A DNA stretch of 64,000 nt from an uncultured virus (IMG/VR IMGVR_UViG_3300027782_003801) (IMGVR_UViG_3300027782_003801); one strand, 5' to 3'. Numbered from the stretch's first letter, positions 9,704 to 20,076 are shown. Translations and numbers: made by a program. The notes: generated by a model from the sequence alone, not told the origin.

Positions 9704-11061
9704 TAAACTATTTTATATAAATTAAATCTTTCACGAGGTGTGAAGTTTTTTATTGTTGTCTCGATACCTTCACTCATTGAATCACACATTACTTTTGATG
9801 ATAAGTTTTTAATAGCAAATTCTCTTCCTTTCAAACCATTTTGTTTTCTTAATTCTTTATCTGTCATATAGATGTCCATAATTTTATTTGCAACTTCTTC
9901 ATCGTTAACCCTATCGTCAAATATATAAGGAGTAATGGGCGAACCATTGATGTTAGTCGCCGCCGGCCATATTGGATTTACCCAAACACCATGTGGAGTA
10001 TCGTTATGTTTGTTTTTATTACTTAATGTTTCAACATCAATATAATCATCCGCAGTATAATCAAATCCACACTGGTCTTGTAATCCACCTGTAACATTAA
10101 CAATAATAGGTGTTCCGGCCATTATACTTTCCGCAGTACCCAAACCAAATCCTTCATTACTTGCGATGTTAATAGTACAATCGGCAATGTTATATAATTC
10201 ATTTAACTTGTCGGCTTCAATTTTATTGGTTGAGAACACAACATTATAATCAGGACATACTTTATCCTTTACAGCATATAAATCAGTACCATTGTTATCT
10301 ATTGGTGTGGTATGTAATAACAAGACACATTTATTGGCATCTTCTTTTGATAATTTATCACAAAATAATCTATAAGCGTAAATTAAATCTGATGTTTGTT
10401 TTCTTCTAATATTTCTACTGTTATAAAATAACACAAAACTATATTCTTTATCACCAAACAATTGTTTATTGGTTTCTGTTAAATCAATGTCTAATGGTTT
10501 GAAAACGTTTGGATTAATTCCATGTGGAACATAACTAACTTGCCAATCCTCTAATGGTTTACGAATACCATCGTCCATTTTACCCACACGATTAACAATA
10601 CCATAGGTTAATTTAGATATACAACCTAACCAATCACAACTTTCGTAGTAATCTTTGTTATATAATGGGTCGGGAAGATTATCCCAAATATGATAATAAA
10701 GAATTGGAACTTGTTGTCTTATTTCATGTTCAGCATCATATAACCATTGCCAATAGTGAGGGTCGGTAAAATGTAATATAGCGTCTATCTTTTCTTCTTT
10801 AAGAATTGTCCTTAAAACATTAATGTCACCATAACCATTATATGGTATTATCTTTACTTCAGCATCTTTAACACCCGTTCTTTCTCTAACATCATCGTTA
10901 CAATCAACAAACTTACCGTTTTCAGGATGATTAATACCAGCACCTAATTGTATCCAATTAAACCTATCAACGGTACCCATTACGAATTCTTTAGACATTG
11001 TTGAAATACCTGAAGTCATTCGTAAATCGTCCGATAATAATAATATTCTTTTTTTACCCAT
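9703..11061 (-). CDS. Family 4 (GT-B) glycosyltransferase
   Basis: ILLLSDD, VPHGIN, RNIRRK, SNEGFGLGTAE, GTPIIVNVTGG; start at MGKK. Confidence 0.88.
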   Translation of the reverse strand: MGKKRILLLSDDLRMTSGISTMSKEFVMGTVDRFNWIQLGAGINHPENGKFVDCNDDVRERTGVKDAEVKIIPYNGYGDINVLRTILKEEKIDAILHFTDPHYWQWLYDAEHEIRQQVPILYYHIWDNLPDPLYNKDYYESCDWLGCISKLTYGIVNRVGKMDDGIRKPLEDWQVSYVPHGINPNVFKPLDIDLTETNKQLFGDKEYSFVLFYNSRNIRRKQTSDLIYAYRLFCDKLSKEDANKCVLLLHTTPIDNNGTDLYAVKDKVCPDYNVVFSTNKIEADKLNELYNIADCTINIASNEGFGLGTAESIMAGTPIIVNVTGGLQDQCGFDYTADDYIDVETLSNKNKHNDTPHGVWVNPIWPAATNINGSPITPYIFDDRVNDEEVANKIMDIYMTDKELRKQNGLKGREFAIKNLSSKVMCDSMSEGIETTIKNFTPRERFNLYKIV

Positions 11062-11062
11062 A

Positions 11063-11266
11063 TTAATATTTTGATCCACTCACAGATAAATCTGTGTAAT
11101 TATTTATTTTATTTCTAAATGATTCGTCTTTGACGTAAAGGTCTAATGTACGATTAACTAATTTTTGTAAGTTAATATTGCCATCAATTGCATTTATCTT
11201 AAATTTTCTGTAAACGTCTTCCAATACATGGACACTTGTTAATTTTTTTTCTATTTTCATATTCAA
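11063..11266 (-). CDS. Small protein, possibly ribbon-helix-helix DNA-binding
   Basis: KLTSVHV beta strand followed by two predicted helices. Confidence 0.55.
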   Translation of the reverse strand: MNMKIEKKLTSVHVLEDVYRKFKINAIDGNINLQKLVNRTLDLYVKDESFRNKINNYTDLSVSGSKY

Positions 11267-11295
11267 ATATATATTTATTGATATATACTATAATC

Positions 11296-11326
11296 AAAAA
11301 AATATCGTTAATAATAACGATATCTT
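11296..11326 (-). terminator. Putative intrinsic terminator
   Basis: atatcgtta/taacgatat stem with T-run on minus strand after the MGCGC ORF. Confidence 0.55.
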
Positions 11327-11341
11327 AAATTATCGTGTATA

Positions 11342-11476
11342 TTATTGATTAGTGTTTGATGTCCCCTCTTGAGTTACTGGTTGAGTAACTTCTGGTGTTT
11401 GAACTTCACTTAATCTAATGTTTACCGGTGGTTGAACTGGTGAATCTTGTTTTTTACCTTTACATCCGCATCCCAT
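11342..11476 (-). CDS. 44-aa MGCGCK-type small protein
   Basis: Manual translation MGCGCKGKKQDSPVQ...; TATTTATA motif upstream. Confidence 0.65.
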   Translation of the reverse strand: MGCGCKGKKQDSPVQPPVNIRLSEVQTPEVTQPVTQEGTSNTNQ

Positions 11477-11503
11477 AATTGTTGTTTTTTATAAATATTT
11501 AGT

Positions 11504-12718
11504 TTATTCGTTTTTGGAGACCCTATACCATTCTTTTTTTGATATTGTTATACCATTTTTTGTTATATCATTTGATTCATAATCCTCCCAAAATTTCTTT
11601 GTTAAAAAATCCTCACAACTTTTTTTAAGTTTAATAAAATCACAATTCGTTGTAACTTTATTCCAAAGTAAAGTGTATGGTAGAAATCCAGGATGATTAT
11701 TAAACCCCGATACAATATCTTCAGGATAGAAATCACCACACTTTCTAATATAACCAACTTCTTTGAAATTATCAATAGTCCACTCATCAATTCCACCTCT
11801 TCTATATCTTTCATTCTCATAAAACCAAATATTATTAAAGTTTAATTGATTTATTTGGTTTGAAGTTTCGGGTGACATTATTTCTAAATCTTTTAAATTA
11901 TTATTAATTGGATTATAATTATCATTTATTATGATTTTCTTTAATTTATGGTCAACTCTTTGTACCTCTAATCTAGATGGTAAATCGTGAATCAATAAAC
12001 CATCATTGTTTTCCCAACCTGATAGTGTTGATTGCATAAATAGAAAATTATATTTAATACCTGACTTTTCTAAGAAAAATTGAGTCCTCAATATATTATC
12101 TAAATAAGTTTTTATTTTATTTTCTAACGGAAAACTTAATTCAATTTCCTGAGCTTTTTCAAGAAAATATTTAAAATCGGGACCAATTTCTGAGAATGAG
12201 TCCATCGGCATGTGACAAGGACTTATGTAGATTTTATCCTTTAATTTCGGAATCGTTAATATTTTTTTTGAATTGTATATCTCCAATTCATCTAATAAAA
12301 ATTGTATTGGTTCTAAAGAATTACTTTCTAAATTTTCTTTTTGAAGTAAATCATAATAGAAATTCTTTTTCTCCCAATCAAATAAATCTAAATCTAATTT
12401 AATATAATTAAACGGATGAACTGAAAACCTATGCCATTGTGACCATTCAACTAAAGTGTATATGTTTTTAGAATCAACACCCAAATCTAATAGTTTTTGA
12501 CACACATAAATTGTTGAATCTGATTGCCAATCAGAACCTTGACTACCCATTGAAGTGTTAATTATAACTGTATCATCATCCATTAACAACCAATCTTCAC
12601 CATATTCTTTACTTAAATTTGAATTACATGACCAATTGAAAGGTCTAAATGTGAACTCAGGAATACGACCGTAACTACAACCTGATGCGACAACAAATTT
12701 ATATTTTTTTAAATCCAT
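11504..12718 (-). CDS. SGNH/GDSL-like protein
   Basis: ASGCSY, GSQGSD, VEWS..R, C-terminal HP. Confidence 0.6.
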   Translation of the reverse strand: MDLKKYKFVVASGCSYGRIPEFTFRPFNWSCNSNLSKEYGEDWLLMDDDTVIINTSMGSQGSDWQSDSTIYVCQKLLDLGVDSKNIYTLVEWSQWHRFSVHPFNYIKLDLDLFDWEKKNFYYDLLQKENLESNSLEPIQFLLDELEIYNSKKILTIPKLKDKIYISPCHMPMDSFSEIGPDFKYFLEKAQEIELSFPLENKIKTYLDNILRTQFFLEKSGIKYNFLFMQSTLSGWENNDGLLIHDLPSRLEVQRVDHKLKKIIINDNYNPINNNLKDLEIMSPETSNQINQLNFNNIWFYENERYRRGGIDEWTIDNFKEVGYIRKCGDFYPEDIVSGFNNHPGFLPYTLLWNKVTTNCDFIKLKKSCEDFLTKKFWEDYESNDITKNGITISKKEWYRVSKNE

Positions 12719-12781
12719 TTTTGTATTTGTCAATTTAATTTCTTATATTTTAATAATACGAAAAATAAATAAAAAAATCAA

Positions 12782-13480
12782 ATGGATAAGGACTTCAAAC
12801 CTATAAAGAGTGTTTACAACAGCAATTACGAAGTGATTAAGAATATAATGGATTTATATAAAATCGACCGTTTTGATTTAGATTGTACCTATTCTACCGG
12901 AAACTTTTGGAAGGAACTCCCAACACCAAAGTTTAAATCGGATTTATTCCCCAAAAACGATACAATTATTGAGGCCAGTTCAGAACATTTACCATTTGAG
13001 GATGGAAGTATGAAGAGTATTATGTACGACCCTCCATTTGTAATTGCGGGTAAAACATATAAGGATAATAGAGTGGGGAGTTCTATTATTGCTAAACGTT
13101 ATGAGGGATATGAGACCTATGGACATCTAATGAAGAATTACTACAATACATTAAAGGAATTGTATAGAATAACCGAAAAAGATGGTTTGGTTGTTTTTAA
13201 ATGTCAAGACACCGTTTCAGGTGGTAAAAATCATTTTACACATTCAATGGTTATGGATATGGCAATGGAAATGGGATTTTACCCTAAAGATTTATTTATT
13301 TTAGTTGCAAATTTAAGAATTAATAGTTTTGGAACAAAATGGACAAAACAAGAACATGCGCGGAAATATCACAGTTATTTTTGGGTTTTTCAAAAAACTA
13401 AACCAAAAGTTAAATACGATTTCTCAAACATTGAACCTTATTCTATTGAACTGGATTCTGAGGAGTCCCCAAATACATAG
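12782..13480 (+). CDS. Amino (N6A/N4C) DNA methyltransferase-like protein
   Basis: LDCTYSTGNFW SAM motif, YDPPF catalytic motif, VFKCQD. Confidence 0.75.
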   Translation: MDKDFKPIKSVYNSNYEVIKNIMDLYKIDRFDLDCTYSTGNFWKELPTPKFKSDLFPKNDTIIEASSEHLPFEDGSMKSIMYDPPFVIAGKTYKDNRVGSSIIAKRYEGYETYGHLMKNYYNTLKELYRITEKDGLVVFKCQDTVSGGKNHFTHSMVMDMAMEMGFYPKDLFILVANLRINSFGTKWTKQEHARKYHSYFWVFQKTKPKVKYDFSNIEPYSIELDSEESPNT

Positions 13481-13808
13481 CAACTTTATCACCCACTTTC
13501 CACCCATCACAGGTACCTGCGGGAAATTCAATGATATGGTCACCAATACCTGTGTAACGAGGTAAAGTCATCCTGTGTGGGTCAGGAGCCTCACAGTTAG
13601 AATGTATACGATTAATACGGTTGTTAAGGACAAATAAAATATCTAATGGTATTAAACAGTTCTTCATCCAAAATGAATGGTGACCCTTACCCATCTTGAA
13701 TACCATACAACCGTTTAGTTCTGTTCTACCCATCATACCTTTTTGAATATCATCTGGCGATGAAAGGTATTCGGCGGGAAATGTTTTGTTATTGATGTGA
13801 ACTGACAT
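13443..13808 (-). CDS. DUF192 family protein
   Basis: KGMMGR, SFWMKNCLIPLDILF, IEFPAG. Confidence 0.85.
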   Translation of the reverse strand: MSVHINNKTFPAEYLSSPDDIQKGMMGRTELNGCMVFKMGKGHHSFWMKNCLIPLDILFVLNNRINRIHSNCEAPDPHRMTLPRYTGIGDHIIEFPAGTCDGWKVGDKVAMYLGTPQNPVQ

Positions 13809-13864
13809 ATCTATAATTATTTGGAAATTTCAAATTAAAAGGTTATATTATAAAAAACAAAGTT

Positions 13865-14044
13865 ATGCAAATAAAAATTAGAGAAATAATCTATATAATG
13901 ATGATGATAACTGGTATTCTTATTGAGAAATACGGGTTGAATACGGGTAACCCTGAATTGGAAAAGATGTTTGGTTGGGGTATGATTAGTTTAGGTCCAA
14001 TCAATATGGTGATTGATTATATTAAGAAACCTAAAAAGAAGTAA
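13865..14044 (+). CDS. Small membrane protein (59 aa)
   Basis: Manual translation MQIKIREIIYIMMMITG...; two hydrophobic segments. Confidence 0.6.
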   Translation: MQIKIREIIYIMMMITGILIEKYGLNTGNPELEKMFGWGMISLGPINMVIDYIKKPKKK

Positions 14045-14045
14045 T

Positions 14046-14243
14046 ATGTTTAAGAATTATTATAAAGATTTTTTCATATATAATAAGAAACACCACTGGT
14101 TTATAATACCTGCAATTATTTTCTATTACGATAAGGATGAATATTATGAGGATGGTAAAACATCACCATCTTGGGGGTTAACTATTAGGTGGTTGACATA
14201 TATGGTGGGGTTCCAAATACAAAAAAACCCTGATAATCAATAA
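14046..14243 (+). CDS. Hypothetical protein
   Basis: ATG immediately after the previous stop (MFKNYYKDF...). Confidence 0.6.
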   Translation: MFKNYYKDFFIYNKKHHWFIIPAIIFYYDKDEYYEDGKTSPSWGLTIRWLTYMVGFQIQKNPDNQ

Positions 14244-14258
14244 ATTAACAGGGTTTTA
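14224..14258. terminator. Bidirectional terminator between convergent genes
   Basis: aaaaccctg...cagggtttt inverted repeat. Confidence 0.55.
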
Positions 14259-14266
14259 GTAAGGAG

Positions 14267-14395
14267 TTATAATCTTCCTTGTCCACGGTAGTTCTTTTCA
14301 GTTCTATCGTGTTTGTTGTGGGTCTTTACCGCCGAACCTTTCTTTCTCTTACCAAAAGAGACTTTGTTGTTACTAGCACTTTTTCCTTTTGCCAT
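14267..14395 (-). CDS. 42-aa basic protein ending in YRGQG (motif common in T4-like phages)
   Basis: Manual translation MAKGKSASNN...KNYRGQGRL*. Confidence 0.7.
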   Translation of the reverse strand: MAKGKSASNNKVSFGKRKKGSAVKTHNKHDRTEKNYRGQGRL

Positions 14396-14458
14396 AAAAT
14401 TTATTTATTTATAAGTATATACCAAATTATTTTTCTATTTTTGACCTAAACTTACAAC

Positions 14459-16384
14459 ATGGAGGAAATATTACTTTACCAACGATACTCTTACGCAAAA
14501 ATCACCCCATATAAGAATTACTCTAAATTTCCGAGAGAGACACAACCACATAGTGGTATATATAAACATCTATCATATGATGACTTATATGGTGGTACAA
14601 CTACAGAATATTATGATGGGGAAGAAGGTATTGGATTGGCACCTGTGTTAGATAACCACAATAAGAAAAATACTAGATATTTTTATTGGAAAGACGACCT
14701 TAAAAATATACCTGTTATAAAATACGCATCTAAACATAAAACGGATGGTGGAAGAGGTGTATTTTATACAACAAAAGATAGACACATAAAGAAATATTAT
14801 AACGAACCATTCAGTGATATATTAGTAATTATTCTTGAGAGATCAATTATAAGAAGAGGAGATAAGGTTACAATAAAATCAAACAAATACACAAAACATA
14901 GAGGTTTCAATTGTAAGTATTTTAAAACAAATAGCTTCACCACATCAGTTACTTTTGATATGGTTAAAGGTGATTTTTTAATCATCGGTACAACTTTTAC
15001 AGGTAAAAAGAAAAGTAAGCCTATTTTTAGAAAAAATAGTTTTAATCATCTTATGAATTTTATAAGAAGTACAGACGGACCATTTAAATTTTTAAGAAAT
15101 CATATGGGTAAAAGCAATAGATTATATAAAGAATTATATAATGTATTTGATGATAAACATTTTAATGAGGCATTATACTTAGTGTTTAAACGAATGATTT
15201 CATTCCCAACAGATGGACCATTGTTTAGAGATTATTTTTATGATGAAGTGATGAGATGGTTTATTAATACAAAGAAAATAAAAACACCAAACGAATATAA
15301 AGATTTAATACTAAAATATTATCCAACAGAAAAGTATTTGAAGAAGAATGATAGGAAGTTAGTCGCGTCAATATTAGATGTGTTTCAAATCAAATCAAAA
15401 ATAACAATTAAGTTATTACATGAAAGACCTAATATAGATTTAAGATCACTTTTAAGATTGTGTTATTTATTTGGAGATCAATACCAAAAATATATTGGGT
15501 CTATTAGTGTCGACATGTTTGGAGTTATGGGAACAATTAATGATTTACCATCATCATCCTTAAAAATGATGGAAAGTACTTGTAGTGATTATAAAAATCA
15601 TGGATATGATATTAATGATATAGAAAAAGAAAATTTATTAAAGGTATTAACAAGTGAACCAGAAAGGGGAACTACTGTAAATGAAAATTTTATAGGATTA
15701 GTTGTAGATCATTTTCGAATGTTAAATAGAATTAGAGAATATGATTCTAACATTAGAATGAGGGCTAATAATAGAATTAAATTTCATAATGAACATAATG
15801 AATTATCTAAAATGATATCAGCAATTAAAAAAGGTTGGGTCATTCAATATTTTTATCCTGAAGAAACGGTGAGACAAATTCAACAACCGATTAGTTGTGA
15901 GAAAAAAAGTGAGTTGTGGAAACACAGTAGTAATGGTAATAAAGAACTTATCACTACAATAAGTGACGGTGAGATAATGATACACCCATATGTTCTAACA
16001 AGAGAAGAGGAATACGTTGAAGAAGGTAGGTTTATGCATCACTGTGTTGCATCATACGCGGAGACAGACACATCAATTATTGTATCGTTGAGGACTGAAG
16101 ATAAACAAGATAGAGTTACGTGTGAGTTTAAAATATCAGATGGAAGAATGGTGCAATCAAAATATTTCTCAAACTCACAACCACCAAAACATTATCAAAA
16201 TGTGATAGATGATGTAAGTGATTTGATTAGAATGCACGCGAGATTTGGAACACTCAACTGGTTAAAGAAGGACAGAGTACCTGTTATGATAAATGGAGTT
16301 GAAATTACTCCCGAAATGAGAGAACCGAGAAGATTAATTGATATTTTAGATTTAGACGACGCGGAACCTCTACCGTTTTTTTAA
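14459..16384 (+). CDS. PcfJ-like domain protein
   Basis: C-terminal EEYVEEGRFMHHCVASY..IVSLR..RVTCEF..Q..N. Confidence 0.7.
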   Translation: MEEILLYQRYSYAKITPYKNYSKFPRETQPHSGIYKHLSYDDLYGGTTTEYYDGEEGIGLAPVLDNHNKKNTRYFYWKDDLKNIPVIKYASKHKTDGGRGVFYTTKDRHIKKYYNEPFSDILVIILERSIIRRGDKVTIKSNKYTKHRGFNCKYFKTNSFTTSVTFDMVKGDFLIIGTTFTGKKKSKPIFRKNSFNHLMNFIRSTDGPFKFLRNHMGKSNRLYKELYNVFDDKHFNEALYLVFKRMISFPTDGPLFRDYFYDEVMRWFINTKKIKTPNEYKDLILKYYPTEKYLKKNDRKLVASILDVFQIKSKITIKLLHERPNIDLRSLLRLCYLFGDQYQKYIGSISVDMFGVMGTINDLPSSSLKMMESTCSDYKNHGYDINDIEKENLLKVLTSEPERGTTVNENFIGLVVDHFRMLNRIREYDSNIRMRANNRIKFHNEHNELSKMISAIKKGWVIQYFYPEETVRQIQQPISCEKKSELWKHSSNGNKELITTISDGEIMIHPYVLTREEEYVEEGRFMHHCVASYAETDTSIIVSLRTEDKQDRVTCEFKISDGRMVQSKYFSNSQPPKHYQNVIDDVSDLIRMHARFGTLNWLKKDRVPVMINGVEITPEMREPRRLIDILDLDDAEPLPFF

Positions 16385-16419
16385 CTACACATTTTCATTT
16401 AATCCATATATATTTCTAT

Positions 16420-17820
16420 ATGGATTTATTATTTTCGTACTCCCAACAAAAGAAGGATAAGAATAGAAAGAGAGATGAATCAATTAGTGAATGTTTAATT
16501 AGATTACACAAACACAATGATGAACTTACATATGAAGGTATTTTTGATTTTGATTATGATAGATATGGTACACCAAGACACGTAACCTTTGAACACAACT
16601 TAATTGTTAATTTAATTACAGGTGATATTTCAGTAAAATATAAGATTAAAAATAACTTAAACATTGATGAAAAAATGTTTAGAAGTACAGATCAAGATAA
16701 AAAGAATGATTTTAAATTATTATTTGATTTAGTTGAAAATGGTATTGCACGTGGGGAAAAACGAAGAGGATATTGGGGAGTTAAATACGAAAGGTCTGTT
16801 AATAAAATATGTGATATTTTTATTAAACAAATACAACCAAAATTTAAATCACAATTTCTTAAAGATAAGAATTATGAATTAAAACCTTATTACAATACCA
16901 TCTATGACATGTTAGTTGATTATCATTTAGATATAAAAGGTATTAAAGGACACGATGCGGTATATTACGACATTCAAAATGATTACCCTAAAAAGAAATG
17001 GTTAGAAAAAAATGATTATAAATTTCTACCGTCCGTTTTAGATTACTATGGAATTAAATCAAAATATCTCATTAAAGAATTAAGTCAGAACGTTAGACAA
17101 ATACAAATATCCACATTAAATTATATCTGTAAATTATTTGGTAATAATCATATTGAGTATTTAAAAAAATTCACTTGGGAACCCCATTGTTATGATACCC
17201 CACCAAATAAGAAATTACATTACTTAAAAAATGAATCAGAAAAAGAATTCATGGTTAAAGTAATTAATGATTGGGAAGTTGATACCATTAAAACTGATTC
17301 ATTAATTTATACATTAAATAAATTATTTTCAATTAGAGATTTATTAGAACAGAGAGGACTTAATTTAAAGTTTAAAGCAAAAAATGATATTGAATTTGAT
17401 AACACTATGGAGATGTGGTCAGGATTGAAATTACATTTTGCGCGTGGATATAAAGTGAGATATCTTATTGATGAAGATTTTGTAAAAGAAATTGAAGAAG
17501 ACATAGTGATTGATGGATTAGTGTTTAAACCTAAAATATTATTAACTGAAGATGATTTTAGAATCGAAGGGTTCAATATGAAAAATTGTATGTCTAAACA
17601 ATTCGCACACGGAGTCATTTATATATTTGCATCATTACAATACAAAAGGAAAAGAATTAACTTACAATACAGAAAAGGTAATCTAATACAGTCCTATGGT
17701 AAGGCTAATACACCGGTTATTGAGATATTTGAAGAGGCCACCAATATTTTAACTTCAAGGTTCAAGAAGTATCCAACAATAGAGTGGAAAAAAGACAAAT
17801 ATGATTTCATAACTTATTGA
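16420..17820 (+). CDS. PcfJ-like domain protein (paralog of the upstream gene)
   Basis: DFRIEGFNMKNCM..QSYGKAN; shares YPxxKxLxKNDxK..S.LD...IKSK block with 14459..16384. Confidence 0.65.
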   Translation: MDLLFSYSQQKKDKNRKRDESISECLIRLHKHNDELTYEGIFDFDYDRYGTPRHVTFEHNLIVNLITGDISVKYKIKNNLNIDEKMFRSTDQDKKNDFKLLFDLVENGIARGEKRRGYWGVKYERSVNKICDIFIKQIQPKFKSQFLKDKNYELKPYYNTIYDMLVDYHLDIKGIKGHDAVYYDIQNDYPKKKWLEKNDYKFLPSVLDYYGIKSKYLIKELSQNVRQIQISTLNYICKLFGNNHIEYLKKFTWEPHCYDTPPNKKLHYLKNESEKEFMVKVINDWEVDTIKTDSLIYTLNKLFSIRDLLEQRGLNLKFKAKNDIEFDNTMEMWSGLKLHFARGYKVRYLIDEDFVKEIEEDIVIDGLVFKPKILLTEDDFRIEGFNMKNCMSKQFAHGVIYIFASLQYKRKRINLQYRKGNLIQSYGKANTPVIEIFEEATNILTSRFKKYPTIEWKKDKYDFITY

Positions 17821-17902
17821 TAATCAATGTATTTTTTTAATAAAATATTTTTTGGTATTTCATAATAAATTCTTATTTTTGTTATGAACTAAACTAAATC
17901 AA

Positions 17903-18877
17903 ATGAAATATCTATCAGTTTGTAGTGGTATTGAATCCGCTACAGTTGCGTGGGAACCACTTGGTTGGGAATGTGTTGGTCTGTGTGACTTCGCATCGTT
18001 TCCACAAAAAGTATTATCCCATCATTACCCAAACACAACATTATTTACTGACATTACTAAACTAACCCAACATGAAAAGTACAAAAAAATTAAATTCGAC
18101 TTATTGGTCGGCGGAACGCCTTGTCAATCTTTTTCCGATGCAGGACTCAACAAAGGAATGGATGACATCCGTGGTAGAATCTCCCTTGAATATGCAAGAA
18201 TTCTTAAAGACAAACGACCTAAGTGGTTCATTTGGGAAAATGTCGAAGGGGTTTTTAAAAAGCAACACAAAAAAGCCTTATGTGAAATCATCTCCTCTTT
18301 CACTGGTGTTGACTTCAAACCAGAAGGTCTCGACAAGCAAGGGATTGTTCAAGGGGAAGAATATTCAATCGCTTATAGGGTTCTCGACAGCCAATACTTC
18401 GGAGTTCCCCAACGACGCAAAAGAATCTACATTGTTGGATATCGTGGAAAAAACTGGAAAATCCCATTCTCAGTATTATTTGAACAAGGATGTTTTGAAA
18501 GCGTTAAAGAGAAGAATAAAAGCAAGAGGGATGAGTACACCAAAAATATTCTTGGAGAAATTAAACTCGCTGGTACGATAACAAAATCATACGGTCAAAC
18601 TCAAACAGATGGTATGGGTCCAGTATCAACATCTAATTTTTGGGTTGATGATAATGGTATAAGATGTTTTACTGAAAGAGAATTAGAAAGATTACAAGGG
18701 TTTCCTGATGGGTATTTGGATTTTGAGGTTGATGGTAAGAAACCTGGTTATTCTGCGGTAAAAGGAGCACTTGGTAATTCAATGACTGTCAATGTAATGT
18801 ATTGGATAGGACAGCGAATTAACTTTATTGACGATTACATTGAGAATAAAAAGATTTTGAAATCTAAGAAAATTTAA
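17903..18877 (+). CDS. DNA (cytosine-5)-methyltransferase
   Basis: SVCSGIE, GGTPCQSFS, WENVEG, QRRKRIY, ERLQGFPD, ALGNSM. Confidence 0.95.
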   Translation: MKYLSVCSGIESATVAWEPLGWECVGLCDFASFPQKVLSHHYPNTTLFTDITKLTQHEKYKKIKFDLLVGGTPCQSFSDAGLNKGMDDIRGRISLEYARILKDKRPKWFIWENVEGVFKKQHKKALCEIISSFTGVDFKPEGLDKQGIVQGEEYSIAYRVLDSQYFGVPQRRKRIYIVGYRGKNWKIPFSVLFEQGCFESVKEKNKSKRDEYTKNILGEIKLAGTITKSYGQTQTDGMGPVSTSNFWVDDNGIRCFTERELERLQGFPDGYLDFEVDGKKPGYSAVKGALGNSMTVNVMYWIGQRINFIDDYIENKKILKSKKI

Positions 18878-18889
18878 TTATATTACAAT

Positions 18890-19054
18890 ATGCAAGAAAA
18901 AGAATCAAACACATCAACACATTTTTGGATTAGTTTAGTTAAATCTTTTTTTAGAATTTGTGCGGGTGTCGCTTTAGTTGACGGGTCTTTAATGGATGCT
19001 GGTGGTTTATTAATCATAGCTGAAGCTCTTGGCATTGCTGAAGAAATATTTTAA
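18890..19054 (+). CDS. Small membrane protein (54 aa)
   Basis: Manual translation ...HFWISLVKSFFRI...LIIAEALGIAEEIF. Confidence 0.7.
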   Translation: MQEKESNTSTHFWISLVKSFFRICAGVALVDGSLMDAGGLLIIAEALGIAEEIF

Positions 19055-19056
19055 TT

Positions 19057-19347
19057 ATGAATTACTTCCAAACAATGGCATTTGCAAACAAATTATATTA
19101 CGAAAATATGAAAACATTTAAAGATTTGGAATTTAATCCACATCCATCAGGAAATGGAATTCAAGCTAGAGTAAATTTTAAAAATGGTCACGGACTTAGT
19201 GTTGTTAAGGGACACATCTTTATCGGAGACAATGATTTATTTGAGATGGCAGAACTATTCAATGATGAATTGGTAAGTGGAACATCAATAATGGAAGTTA
19301 CTGAAGAACAGATAACAGAAAAATTAATTGAACTACAAGAATTATAA
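19057..19347 (+). CDS. Hypothetical phage protein (true start may be 19108)
   Basis: MKTFKDLEF..FKNGHGLSVV..FEMAEL. Confidence 0.7.
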   Translation: MNYFQTMAFANKLYYENMKTFKDLEFNPHPSGNGIQARVNFKNGHGLSVVKGHIFIGDNDLFEMAELFNDELVSGTSIMEVTEEQITEKLIELQEL

Positions 19348-19348
19348 T

Positions 19349-19618
19349 ATGGAAAACGAAACAAAATTTAGAGCGGGAATTGTAATGTCTTTGTTAGGGT
19401 TGGTTATAATGACATTTGAATATTTTGAAAAAGATAGGGTTTATCAAGAACTCATAGTATCGTCATCGAAACAAATTGACAGTTTGAAGGAAGAAATAGA
19501 ATTTAAAGACAATCAAATTGGATTACGTGATATGATAATTGAAGAAGTGAAAATAAAAAATCCATTAATGATAGATGATGTTCTAAAAAATACCGAAGGG
19601 TTAACGTATGAAAAATAA
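19349..19618 (+). CDS. Membrane-anchored coiled-coil protein
   Basis: N-terminal TM segment followed by heptads. Confidence 0.6.
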   Translation: MENETKFRAGIVMSLLGLVIMTFEYFEKDRVYQELIVSSSKQIDSLKEEIEFKDNQIGLRDMIIEEVKIKNPLMIDDVLKNTEGLTYEK

Positions 19619-19901
19619 AGAAAGTGAAATATTTTTAGGTGCAGGTAATAACATGTCAATGAAATCGTCTAGATTGGTGACCACTTATCAAGTACTTTAT
19701 TTAACTACCCCCAAAGATGGGACCATATCAATGAGTATTAAGATTGAGGCGGATTTTGATACCATACCCGAAGAATATCAAGAGGTGTTTATGAATATGA
19801 TATCTGTAAAATATTTGAATAGGGTTTCATTTGGTGATAACCCATTCTCACAATGTTTACCGGCACCTAAAAAACGTTGGTGGCAAATTTGGAAAAACTA
19901 A
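19608..19901 (+). CDS. Hypothetical protein
   Basis: ORF; C-terminal KKRWWQIWK. Confidence 0.65.
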   Translation: MKNKESEIFLGAGNNMSMKSSRLVTTYQVLYLTTPKDGTISMSIKIEADFDTIPEEYQEVFMNMISVKYLNRVSFGDNPFSQCLPAPKKRWWQIWKN

Positions 19902-19912
19902 ACTATAAAGAT

Positions 19913-20053
19913 ATGATTTACATTATCATTGGTATTATTGGGACAACACTATGGATGGCATTTGAAATGTGGAGAGCCCCTATGATGGATGACAACGGTA
20001 GAATAACTAAACCAGGTAATAAACTATCAGATTTATTTAAAAAGAAAATATGA
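19913..20053 (+). CDS. Small membrane protein (46 aa)
   Basis: Manual translation MIYIIIGIIGTTLWMAFEMWRAP... Confidence 0.6.
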   Translation: MIYIIIGIIGTTLWMAFEMWRAPMMDDNGRITKPGNKLSDLFKKKI

Positions 20054-20076
20054 TATTTATCATATAAACAACTATT

